Positions 11,545 through 20,015 of a DNA stretch of 64,000 nt are shown in pieces; the first letter of the stretch is position 1; every line of letters starts with the position of its first letter. Below the pieces are notes generated by a model. That model had not been told where the DNA came from, made no database searches, and saw only the letters and a program-made list of their open reading frames with translations. The stretch spans positions 64,001 through 128,000 of the forward strand of contig JBBFKW010000011.1 in assembly GCA_037481835.1 (NCBI GenBank), read 5' to 3'. Source of the DNA: Desulfosoma sp. (GTDB lineage Bacteria > Desulfobacterota > Syntrophobacteria > Syntrophobacterales > DSM-9756). The translations under genes and the position numbers were made by a program.

Positions 11545-13446
11545 ATGCACGGATTGGCGAAGCGCCTGGGCGTTTTGGACATTTTTTGCATCGCCTTCGG
11601 GGCGATGGTCAGTTCCGGCATTTTCATTCTGCCGGGTTTGGCCCATGCCAAGGCCGGTCCCGCCGTGGTGGTCTCTTACTTCCTGGCCGGATGCCTCATG
11701 GGCTCGGCGGCCTTGAGCACCATAGAGCTGGTCACGGCCATGCCCAAGGCCGGGGGCGACTATTTTTTCATCGCCCGTGCCATGGGGCCGGCGGTGGGCA
11801 CGGTTTTGGGGCTTTTCAGCTGGTTTGCCCTCACCCTGAAAAGTGCCTTCGCTTTGGTGGGCATTTGGGCTTTTGCCGAAAAATTCTTTCCGTTCGACGC
11901 CCGGGCCGTGGTGGTGGGGCTGGCTGTTTTTTTCACGCTGCTGAACCTCTGGGGAACAAAGGGCTCCAGCCTGTTCCAAACGGTTTTTGTGCTCATTTTG
12001 TTGAGCCTCATGAGCCTTTTCGTGGCCCTGGGATTTCCCCACGTGCGCATTGAAAATTACGCCCCGTTCACACCCTACGGATGGAACGCGGTCTTTGCCA
12101 CGGCGGGTTTCGTTTTCGTCTCCTATGGCGGACTGATTCAAATTTCCGCTCTGGCCGAAGAGGTCAAGAATCCTTCCCGAACCATCCCCCTGGGGATCTT
12201 GTTCGCACTGGGTGTCACCGTCGCCGCCTACTGTCTCATGGTGTTCGTGACGGCCGGCATCCTGGGATCCGAAGCTTTGGATACCTCCTTGACGCCCATC
12301 AGCGACGCGGCGGCGGTCTTTATGGGCCGAGGCGGGGAGATCGCGCTGACGGTGGCGGCCATGACGGCCTTTCTCACCACGGCCAACGCCGGGATCTTAT
12401 CGGCCTCGCGGTATCTTTTGAGCCTCAGCCGGGACGAGCTTTTGCCCACCCTTTTCGGCAGAGTCCATCCCAAGAGGAAAACCCCGGTGCCCGCAGTCCT
12501 CACCACGGGGGCTTTTCTCATCGGCTTGTTTTTCGTTCCCCTGGAATCCCTGGTGAAGATGGCCTCTATGGTTCTCCTGTTCACACAGGCTTTGGCCAAT
12601 GCGTGCGTCGTCATCCTGAGGGAAAGCCGCATCCATAACTATCAACCGACCTTTAAAGCCCCGGGCTACCCGTGGCTCCAAATCGTCAGCCTCGCGGGAG
12701 TGGTCCTCCTGGTCGTGGAAATCGGGTTGCAGACGTTTCTCATCGGTTTGGTTTTCATCGCCGCCGGCTTGATCTTTTTCTGGTTCTACGGGCGTCTCAA
12801 GCAGGAACGGGAATACGCGTTGCTCCATGTCCTTTCACGGCTTTCGGCCCGTAAGGTGGTGCGCAGCGCCCTGGAGTCGGAACTGAAGGAAATCATCCGT
12901 GAGCGCGATGAGCTGTGCCTGGACCGGTTCGATCGCATCATCGAGGCGGCGGAAGTCATCGACTTGAAGGAGCCCTGCACCGTGGACGCCGTGCTGGATC
13001 GGCTCAACCCGGTGCTTGCCCTTCGCGGATTGGAGTCGCCTTTGAACCCGGAGGCCCTGAACGGCAAAGAGCCGCTGGTGAAGTTTGTGGAAATCTTTTC
13101 GGGAATCGGCGTCGCGGAAATGAGTGCAACCCGGCCTGATGCGTTTGACGTGATCCTTATCAGGAGCCAAGACGGGCTCCGATTTCCCGGAACGGACGCT
13201 CCCATTCACGCCCTGTTTTTCTTCCTCGTGGGATCCAACGAGCAGGACTTCCACCTCAAAGCGGTAGCGGCCTTGGCCCAGGTCCTTCAGGATCCCCAGT
13301 TCGATGTGCGATGGCGGCACGCCCGGAACGCCCAGGCCCTCAAAGACCTTATCGTCTTGGCGGATCGTCGGCGCGTGTGTTCGTTGGAGCCCCGCCCGTG
13401 GGAGCTCGACATCGTGCCGGACGGCCAATCCCGCCGGCCGACCTGA
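11545..13446 (+). CDS. APC-family amino acid permease with C-terminal PTS EIIA-like domain
   Basis: GAMVSSGIFILPG, MPKAGGDY and AEEVKNP motifs with ~12 TM segments. Soluble tail (GLRFPGTDAPIHALFFFLV...HLKAVAALAQVL) resembles EIIA(Ntr/Fru). Confidence 0.85.
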   Translation: MHGLAKRLGVLDIFCIAFGAMVSSGIFILPGLAHAKAGPAVVVSYFLAGCLMGSAALSTIELVTAMPKAGGDYFFIARAMGPAVGTVLGLFSWFALTLKSAFALVGIWAFAEKFFPFDARAVVVGLAVFFTLLNLWGTKGSSLFQTVFVLILLSLMSLFVALGFPHVRIENYAPFTPYGWNAVFATAGFVFVSYGGLIQISALAEEVKNPSRTIPLGILFALGVTVAAYCLMVFVTAGILGSEALDTSLTPISDAAAVFMGRGGEIALTVAAMTAFLTTANAGILSASRYLLSLSRDELLPTLFGRVHPKRKTPVPAVLTTGAFLIGLFFVPLESLVKMASMVLLFTQALANACVVILRESRIHNYQPTFKAPGYPWLQIVSLAGVVLLVVEIGLQTFLIGLVFIAAGLIFFWFYGRLKQEREYALLHVLSRLSARKVVRSALESELKEIIRERDELCLDRFDRIIEAAEVIDLKEPCTVDAVLDRLNPVLALRGLESPLNPEALNGKEPLVKFVEIFSGIGVAEMSATRPDAFDVILIRSQDGLRFPGTDAPIHALFFFLVGSNEQDFHLKAVAALAQVLQDPQFDVRWRHARNAQALKDLIVLADRRRVCSLEPRPWELDIVPDGQSRRPT

Positions 13447-13588
13447 AGCCGCCCCGGAGGCGCCGGGCTTGTTGGGGTTGGGGGCGAGGTTTCCACGAAA
13501 GTCGAGGCGAACGGGCGGGAACCTTCGATTTTCATGGCCGGTTGTTTCGCTGTGTGGCGATGGGGATGGAATTGGGGGCCTTATTTTT

Positions 13589-13761
13589 GTTGGGGTTCGC
13601 TGCGCTCACCCCAACCTACATCTGCATCTCGGCGGCCGACATTCTTGAAGAGGCTCGCAGGCTGGATCTTGGGGTTCGCTGCGCTCACCCCCATTTCCTG
13701 TGAGATCGTGCTGTTTCGTCGTCACGGATCGTGAACGATGGGGGTGGGTGAGTGCAGCGAA
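13589..13761. repeat. REP-like cluster (13589-13619 intact, reverse; ~13669-13693 and ~13738-13761 degenerate)
   Basis: GTTGGGGTTCGCTGCGCTCACCCCAACCTAC is the reverse complement of the 10419 element. It lies between convergent genes. Confidence 0.8.
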
Positions 13762-13771
13762 TGCGTTTCGG

Positions 13772-14953
13772 TCAATAGGCTTTTTGCAAGACGTACAGGG
13801 CCTCATCCAAGGTCATGTCTTCGGGGTTGAACAGCAACGCGCCGTCGTCCAAGGCCGTTCGGGCGATGCTTTCCAGCATGGTTTGAGGGACGTCGGCATC
13901 CCGGAGCCGCGTGGGAAGGCCCGAAAGGCTCCGGACGTCTTCCTGAAACCGGCGAAGCGTTTCGATGGTCTTTTCCGCTCGAACCAAGGCCGGCGTTTGG
14001 GCGTAAACTTCCGGCCCCGCCATGGGCAAAAGGAGTTCCCTGATGGCGTCCCGCCTTTTTTCCAAATTGTATTCCAGCCCGTGGGGCAAAAAGATGTTCA
14101 TGGCCGTCCCGTGATGGATATGGCACAGGGCCCCGGCGGCGTGTCCCAGGGCGTGCACCATGCCGACCATGGCGTTGGAAAAGGCGATCCCGGCAAAACA
14201 GGCGGCCCCGGCCAGGGCGAGCCGCCCTTGGGTGTTGGATCCTTCCCGAAGGACGGCGGGCAGGTTTTCCACGATGAGGCGGATGGCCGTCGCCGCGTAG
14301 GCGTCGCTCAAAGGGTTTTTTTGCACTGAAATGGAAGCTTCCACGGCGTGGGCAAGGGCGTCCATGGCGGTGGCGGCCGTGAGCTTCTCCGGGAGGCTCA
14401 GCGTCATGCGAGGGTCCAGGATGGCCACGTCGGGGTACAAGTGGCTGGACGCGAAGGCCATCTTCACGTTTTTTCGAGGATTGGCGATGACGGCCACCAA
14501 GGTGACTTCCGATCCCGTTCCGGCCGTCGTGGGGATGACAATCAAGGGCCTCAAAGGCCCCTGGATCCGGTCGGCTCCCGAAAACTGCAAAAGATCATCC
14601 CCGCCCTGGGTGATCAGGATATTGACGGCCTTGGCCGTATCGATCACTGAACCGCCGCCGAGGGCCACCAGGCTGTCGCATGCGCTATGGCGATAAGCGG
14701 CGGCGCCTTCCCGGACAACCGTCACAGAAGAGTCCGCCGGGACCTGGTCGTAAATGGCGCCGATGAGCACCTCCGAGTCCTGGAGCGCGGCCGTCACCGT
14801 GTTGAGAAGCCCGGCTTTGGCCACGCCCAGGTCCGTGATGAGCAACGGGCGCGACGCACCAAGCCTTTTCAATTCATAGGGAAGGTTTTCCAAGGCCTTG
14901 TACCCGCAGACGATTTTTACCGGGCAGTGAAATTCAAAATAAGACGGCATCAT
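13772..14953 (-). CDS. Iron-containing alcohol dehydrogenase
   Basis: LGGGSVIDTAK, IPTTAGTGSE, DALAHAVE, and metal ligands in GMVHALGH...HHG. Confidence 0.93.
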   Translation of the reverse strand: MMPSYFEFHCPVKIVCGYKALENLPYELKRLGASRPLLITDLGVAKAGLLNTVTAALQDSEVLIGAIYDQVPADSSVTVVREGAAAYRHSACDSLVALGGGSVIDTAKAVNILITQGGDDLLQFSGADRIQGPLRPLIVIPTTAGTGSEVTLVAVIANPRKNVKMAFASSHLYPDVAILDPRMTLSLPEKLTAATAMDALAHAVEASISVQKNPLSDAYAATAIRLIVENLPAVLREGSNTQGRLALAGAACFAGIAFSNAMVGMVHALGHAAGALCHIHHGTAMNIFLPHGLEYNLEKRRDAIRELLLPMAGPEVYAQTPALVRAEKTIETLRRFQEDVRSLSGLPTRLRDADVPQTMLESIARTALDDGALLFNPEDMTLDEALYVLQKAY

Positions 14954-14970
14954 GGCGTGCTCCTTCTTTT

Positions 14971-17448
14971 TTAGACGCCCAGAGGAATTCCCAGAAGATA
15001 GAGCCAGGCGCGCTTCCATAATTTTTCCGCCATCGGTATCGGCGACACTCTTTTGACGACCCGTTTGGCGATCCATTCCGGGTAGAGGAGGCTCTGGATG
15101 CGATCGAGCAGGCGCGTGAGCTTCATGGCCGCGGCCAAGTCACCCACGACACTCAGGCGGTTTTGGGCGAAGCCGTCCACCGTGCTCAAACGCGCTGTGA
15201 GCATCCGGGTTGCCGTGTCCATGTTCTTGAAGCCGATCGTGAGGTCGGCTTCTCGTTCCGAAAGGGTATCTCCCAGGTAGCGGAGCCTTTTTCTTCCGTC
15301 CAGACGAAGGGCCATCCGCGGCCCGAAGGGAAGCACCTTGAAAAGGACCGTAAACCCATCTGGCCAGGACGCCAATTCGCGCCGGAATACGTCGTCCATG
15401 CCCGATGCCGATTGGAGGGCTCGCCCGAGAATGGTGAAAAAAACTCGGACAACGAAAGGCTTCAACACCGCACGGTCGGGCACGCCGTCGAAACGTCCAT
15501 GAGTCGGCATGGGAACCTTCAACCGCCGCAGCGTCTTTTTCATGGGAATGCCGTTCCGTGTGTAGCCTCGTAAAGCATAGTAGGCGTCCAGCATGGCATC
15601 GAGGGCCAGGAGGGGCGGCGTTTCGGGGGACGGCGCCGGTTCGGGACAGCCCAAACGGGCGAGGCGACGCCACAGCGTTCTTTTGGATCCCGATCCGGCG
15701 GAATCGCACGGTCTATTTTCCGTGAGGATTCTTTCGGGCAGAGTGTCGTCCTTTCGGCTGACGCCTTCCATGGCGTTCAGAAGCCGTTCCAGGACGACGA
15801 TGCGGTCGCCCGCGCGAAGGAACTCGGCCGGACTGAGGGAAATCCCGTAGATCGTTTCAAAGAGCCTCGTGAAAAGACGAAGATCCATGAGTCGCACGGC
15901 CACGGCGGGCAGGTTTTGCATGGTCCAGGCCAGGATCGCTTTGGGTGTGAATCGGGCGATGGGGGCTTCCAGAAGATAGGCATAGGTGGTGAAAAGGCAG
16001 GTGGGCAGAGAATTGATCCCTGCATAAAGGCTTTCGAAAAAACGCACGAAGTGGGCTTTGGCTTTGGGGGAGCGCGGCTTCAAAAAACCGAGAAAGACCT
16101 CCAAGGGGAAAAGGGTTGCCGACAAGTGACATCCACCGCGGTTGGCCACGGCGTAAGCCAGGCCTTGTCCCCAGGATCCCCTGGGATCGTAAGCGGGGAG
16201 TTCCAGCCCCTTGACATGCATGGCGAAAGAGGTGCCGCCGTATTTTTCCGAAAGACGGCGCACCCCCTGGGCCATGGCGTCTCCCAGGCCTTGGCGAAAG
16301 GCGATGGCCTCAATGGCTTCCGACACGCCGTGCGGGGAACCGAAACGCAACGGCGAGGTCATCAAGCCTTTTTCTGAAGCTTCCATGACATAGGCCAGAA
16401 TTCCTCCGCATGAGATGGTATCCAGCCCGAGGCGGCCGCACTGTTCGTTCCAGGCCGCCACGAGGTCCGGATCGAAAATTCCCAGATTGGTTCCCAAAAG
16501 CCCGACGGTCTCATATTCGGGGAGTTGCCGAATTTTCTGGTCCGAAAAGACGCCCTTGTGCCCGCACAAAATGGTGCACGGCCGACAGGTGCTGGGTTTG
16601 GCTCCGAAGCGGTCCCGCATGGTCCACCCGCTGATTTGGGACGCGTGCGGATCACAACCGTCTTGAAAGTTTCGGATGGGCAAAATCCCTCCGGCATTGC
16701 ACAGATCCACATGGCTGGCCGTCCCGGCGTTTCGGTAAAGGTTTCCTGTAAAGCGGTTCCGGTGGATATAGGCCGTGGCACGCCGACAGGCTTTTTCAAA
16801 GCCCTGGGGATCGGCGGGGATGTATCGAGCCGTGCCGCCCCGGGCGACCACGGCTTTGAGCTTTTTCGAGCCCAAAACGGCGCCGAATCCGCCCCGGCCC
16901 AAAAAGCGGTGGCCGGACGCGATATTGGCGAAAAGAACCAGGTTTTCGCCGGCAGGGCCGATGGCAAGAGCGCCGTCTTTGGCGCCGAGTTCAAGCGCCT
17001 CCTGGGTCTCTTGGGTGTCGCGGCCCCAAAGATGGGCGGCGTCAAGAAACCGCGCTCCGGTTTCATCGATTTCCAGAACGATCGGTTCTGAACATCGTCC
17101 CGTGAGGACAAGCCCTTCGTAGCCGGCCGTTTTAAGGGCGATCCCGAAAGGACCGCCGCACGATGAGGACGCGGTGAGCCCTGTGAGCGGCGATTTGGTC
17201 ACAGCGGAAAACCGTGCGCTGCACGGGGCGCCGGAGGCGACCACCACACCGGCGAAGACGGCCATCACATTGTCCGGGCCCAAGGGATCGAGGCCCGGTC
17301 GGATGCGTTCCGCAAAAAAGCGCAGCGCAAGTCCTTTGCCGCCGAGAAAGCGCCGCCGATCTTCCGTGGAAATGCGAAAAACCCTGGTCGTGCGGCGGGA
17401 CAAGTCCACTTCCAGCACACGATCGCAACTGCCCACCCAATCCGCCAT
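14971..17448 (-). CDS. Aldehyde:ferredoxin oxidoreductase (W/Mo AOR family) with C-terminal SCP2-like extension
   Basis: FLGGKGLA, TKSPLTG, IGPAGENLV, GRGGFGAVLGSKKLK, CRPCTILC, PEYET, GLDTIS, VKGLELPAYDPR and NRGGCH. About 170 extra C-terminal residues follow the usual YYALRG end. Confidence 0.9.
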   Translation of the reverse strand: MADWVGSCDRVLEVDLSRRTTRVFRISTEDRRRFLGGKGLALRFFAERIRPGLDPLGPDNVMAVFAGVVVASGAPCSARFSAVTKSPLTGLTASSSCGGPFGIALKTAGYEGLVLTGRCSEPIVLEIDETGARFLDAAHLWGRDTQETQEALELGAKDGALAIGPAGENLVLFANIASGHRFLGRGGFGAVLGSKKLKAVVARGGTARYIPADPQGFEKACRRATAYIHRNRFTGNLYRNAGTASHVDLCNAGGILPIRNFQDGCDPHASQISGWTMRDRFGAKPSTCRPCTILCGHKGVFSDQKIRQLPEYETVGLLGTNLGIFDPDLVAAWNEQCGRLGLDTISCGGILAYVMEASEKGLMTSPLRFGSPHGVSEAIEAIAFRQGLGDAMAQGVRRLSEKYGGTSFAMHVKGLELPAYDPRGSWGQGLAYAVANRGGCHLSATLFPLEVFLGFLKPRSPKAKAHFVRFFESLYAGINSLPTCLFTTYAYLLEAPIARFTPKAILAWTMQNLPAVAVRLMDLRLFTRLFETIYGISLSPAEFLRAGDRIVVLERLLNAMEGVSRKDDTLPERILTENRPCDSAGSGSKRTLWRRLARLGCPEPAPSPETPPLLALDAMLDAYYALRGYTRNGIPMKKTLRRLKVPMPTHGRFDGVPDRAVLKPFVVRVFFTILGRALQSASGMDDVFRRELASWPDGFTVLFKVLPFGPRMALRLDGRKRLRYLGDTLSEREADLTIGFKNMDTATRMLTARLSTVDGFAQNRLSVVGDLAAAMKLTRLLDRIQSLLYPEWIAKRVVKRVSPIPMAEKLWKRAWLYLLGIPLGV

Positions 17449-17516
17449 GGCTCCTCCTTAGCCCCTGAGGCCTTGATCTGGGAAAGTCTCGCTTCTCACC
17501 ATCGCTCCTTGAACGA

Positions 17517-18284
17517 TCACGTCTCCTCCTCAACCCAATCTTTCACCACACGGGCCAACTGTTCGACCATGTCCACGATGCGGGGACCGGCCCGACACGT
17601 GAGCCCGCAAGGAAAGAGAAAGACGCGCCCCGTTCGGACGGCCGAGCTGTTTCGCCACCGAGGGTCTTGGCGCGTCTGGGTTTCGAGGGACGGCTCGCAG
17701 AAGAACACAAGGTCCGGATCCCACGAGACGACCTCCTCATGGGACACCCTCGCATAGGGAGGTGCCCCTTCGCCCAGGAAATTGACGCCGCCCGCCCGCT
17801 GGATCACGTCGTATTGGAAAGCTCCAGGCCCCACGGTGATGAGCGGGTCCCATTGCATGATGCGAAAGATTTTGGGCCGCTTGACGGGTGGAATTCTCTC
17901 GGTATCCCTGTCGATGAGGCGCAGGCGCGCTTCGAGCCGGGCGACGAGCCGTTGCCCATCCTCCGGCCGGCCGAGGCGCTCGGCCAGCAGGACGATTGCC
18001 TCCAAAGCTTCGGAGACGGTCCCGGGGTCGCTGTGAAAGACGGGGATTCCCTGGGATTGGAGCCACAAGGCCACTTCCTCGTGATGGCGGCCGAAGGTGC
18101 ACACGAGATCCGGCGCGTCCCGGCAGAGGGCCTGGACATTGGGAGAAGCCCAGCTTCCATAGGTTTTGAGGTGCCTCACGTCCTCGGGGAAATCGCAATC
18201 TTCGGAAACCCCCACAAGGACATCGAGAGCCCCGAGGGCGGCCATGGTTTCCGTGTGGGTCGGTGCAATGGAAATGACTCTCAC
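17517..18284 (-). CDS. BtuF/TroA-like helical-backbone substrate-binding protein, apparently without a signal peptide
   Basis: RVISIAPTHTETMAALG, SAVRTGRVF and RAGPRIVD. GAGGA RBS precedes GTG 18284; start uncertain. Confidence 0.75.
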   Translation of the reverse strand: MRVISIAPTHTETMAALGALDVLVGVSEDCDFPEDVRHLKTYGSWASPNVQALCRDAPDLVCTFGRHHEEVALWLQSQGIPVFHSDPGTVSEALEAIVLLAERLGRPEDGQRLVARLEARLRLIDRDTERIPPVKRPKIFRIMQWDPLITVGPGAFQYDVIQRAGGVNFLGEGAPPYARVSHEEVVSWDPDLVFFCEPSLETQTRQDPRWRNSSAVRTGRVFLFPCGLTCRAGPRIVDMVEQLARVVKDWVEEET

Positions 18285-18469
18285 AGCTCTTTCCTCTGTG
18301 CCCCATGCCTTGGCTGACCCATCCTGCAAAATTCTCCGCCTTGTGATATGTTTTTTACGAAAGACGACAGGTTTTTTCAGAACCCGGTCTTCATCGGATA
18401 GCACAATCCTCGGAAAGGTGTCGATGGCTATTGAGGTGCACGGCGTCACGGAGGGCGACGAGGACGATC

Positions 18470-19564
18470 ATGGGCAGATGGTTGGACTGCTACGCGGGCT
18501 CTAAGATTTTTGAAATGGTGCGCGATGAAGGACTGCGCCAAGATCGCGTTCAGATGGTGCTCGGGGCCGCAGGAGGCCCCAAGTGGCTGGTGCTTTACGG
18601 GCTGGATCGGGTTCTGTGTCGGGAATGGTTGCCCAATCGGAAAACGCCCTTGGATTGCCTCGGGGCGTCCATCGGAGCCTGGCGTTTTGCCGCCTACTGC
18701 CAGGCGGACCCCGGGGCGGCTCTGGACCGCTTTCTGGAAGCCTACCGGCGCCAATCCTACAGCATGGCCCCCACACCGGCGGAAGTGAGCCGCGTGCTCG
18801 GCGGGGTGCTTCGATCCTTCGTGGACCCGGACGCCGCCCGGGAGATCTCAGCCCAAGAAAACCGCCGCCTGCACATCGTCACCGTTCGGGGACGCGCCCT
18901 ATTGAACGCCGAGGCGTCTCCGCTTGTGGGATTGGGCCTTGTGGGAGCCTCCCTGGTGAACAGCGTGGCCCCCGAAGGGCTGCTTTGGTTTTTTGAAAGA
19001 ATGATTTTTTCTCATCCGCAGAGTCCTCTTCTTGGCGAATTGGACAACGGGAAGTGGCCTGTGCGGCGGGTGCCCATGGATGACCGCAATGTGGTTCCGG
19101 CCCTTTTGGCCTCCGGGTCCATCCCGCTGCTCATGGAGCCCGTTAAGGACATCCCCGGAGCGCCTCCTGGAACTTACTGGGACGGGGGCCTTACGGACTA
19201 TCACGTCACGCTGCCTCTTCGCCCCGGATCCGGCCGGATCATCCTTTACCCCCACTATACGGACCGACTGGTCCCCGGCTGGTTCGACAAGCGCTTTCCC
19301 GGCCGCCGGCCGGACTCCGAGCGGCTGGCCGAAGTCCTTCTCCTGGTGCCGTCCCGGCGTTTTGTGGAGCGGCTCCCTTACGGCCGCATCCCGGATCGCA
19401 AGGATTTTTGGACTTTCGCCGGAAAGGATTCCCAACGCCTTCGCTTCTGGGATACGGTGGTCGCCGCGTCGCACATCCTGGGAAACGAGTTTATGGACCT
19501 GGCCCTTTCGGGCAAGATCCGCGAGCGGGTCCGCCCCATGGAGGCCTTTTGGGCCCTGAGATAA
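18470..19564 (+). CDS. Patatin-like phospholipase family protein
   Basis: Gly-rich GAAGGPKW, nucleophile elbow GASIG, ASGSIP and the catalytic DGG. Confidence 0.82.
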   Translation: MGRWLDCYAGSKIFEMVRDEGLRQDRVQMVLGAAGGPKWLVLYGLDRVLCREWLPNRKTPLDCLGASIGAWRFAAYCQADPGAALDRFLEAYRRQSYSMAPTPAEVSRVLGGVLRSFVDPDAAREISAQENRRLHIVTVRGRALLNAEASPLVGLGLVGASLVNSVAPEGLLWFFERMIFSHPQSPLLGELDNGKWPVRRVPMDDRNVVPALLASGSIPLLMEPVKDIPGAPPGTYWDGGLTDYHVTLPLRPGSGRIILYPHYTDRLVPGWFDKRFPGRRPDSERLAEVLLLVPSRRFVERLPYGRIPDRKDFWTFAGKDSQRLRFWDTVVAASHILGNEFMDLALSGKIRERVRPMEAFWALR

Positions 19565-19595
19565 CCCCCAGGCTCATTGGGGTAAGGAGCGCCCC

Positions 19596-20015
19596 ATGGT
19601 TCGACATGCCGAAATCAAGGACCTGGAAAGGGTCGCCGAAATCGAGCGCCTCTCCTTTCCCAACCCGTGGACGCCTTATTATTTGGAAAACGCTCTCAAG
19701 GACTTCTTTCTCGTCTACGACGACGGCGAGGTCCAAGGCTACCTGGCGGCCACGTGCCGGGACCAGGACGAAAAGGCGACCATTTTGAAAGTCGCCGTGC
19801 ATCCGGAGGCGCGGGGCCGGGGGATCGCCTCTGCGCTGGTCCAGGGGGCTTTGCAAGCTTTCGAACACAGGGGCATCAAGCACGTGGAGCTGGACGTAAA
19901 GATCATCTCGGCAGGCGCCGTGCATCTCTATGAAAAGTTCGGGTTCCGCATCCAACGCATGGTCACCGTCGACGTGGACGACACCAGCTTTCTCGTCATG
20001 AAGAAAGACATCTAG
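19596..20015 (+). CDS. RimI-like GNAT N-acetyltransferase
   Basis: IERLSFPNPW, acetyl-CoA motif VAVHPEARGRGIA, and AVHLYEKFGF. Confidence 0.85.
   Translation: MVRHAEIKDLERVAEIERLSFPNPWTPYYLENALKDFFLVYDDGEVQGYLAATCRDQDEKATILKVAVHPEARGRGIASALVQGALQAFEHRGIKHVELDVKIISAGAVHLYEKFGFRIQRMVTVDVDDTSFLVMKKDI

Noticed and set aside
13534..13806. Short ORFs containing 'WGSLRSPQPT' or 'LGFAALTPTY'
   Set aside because: These are translations of the REP palindrome and recur wherever the repeat does.
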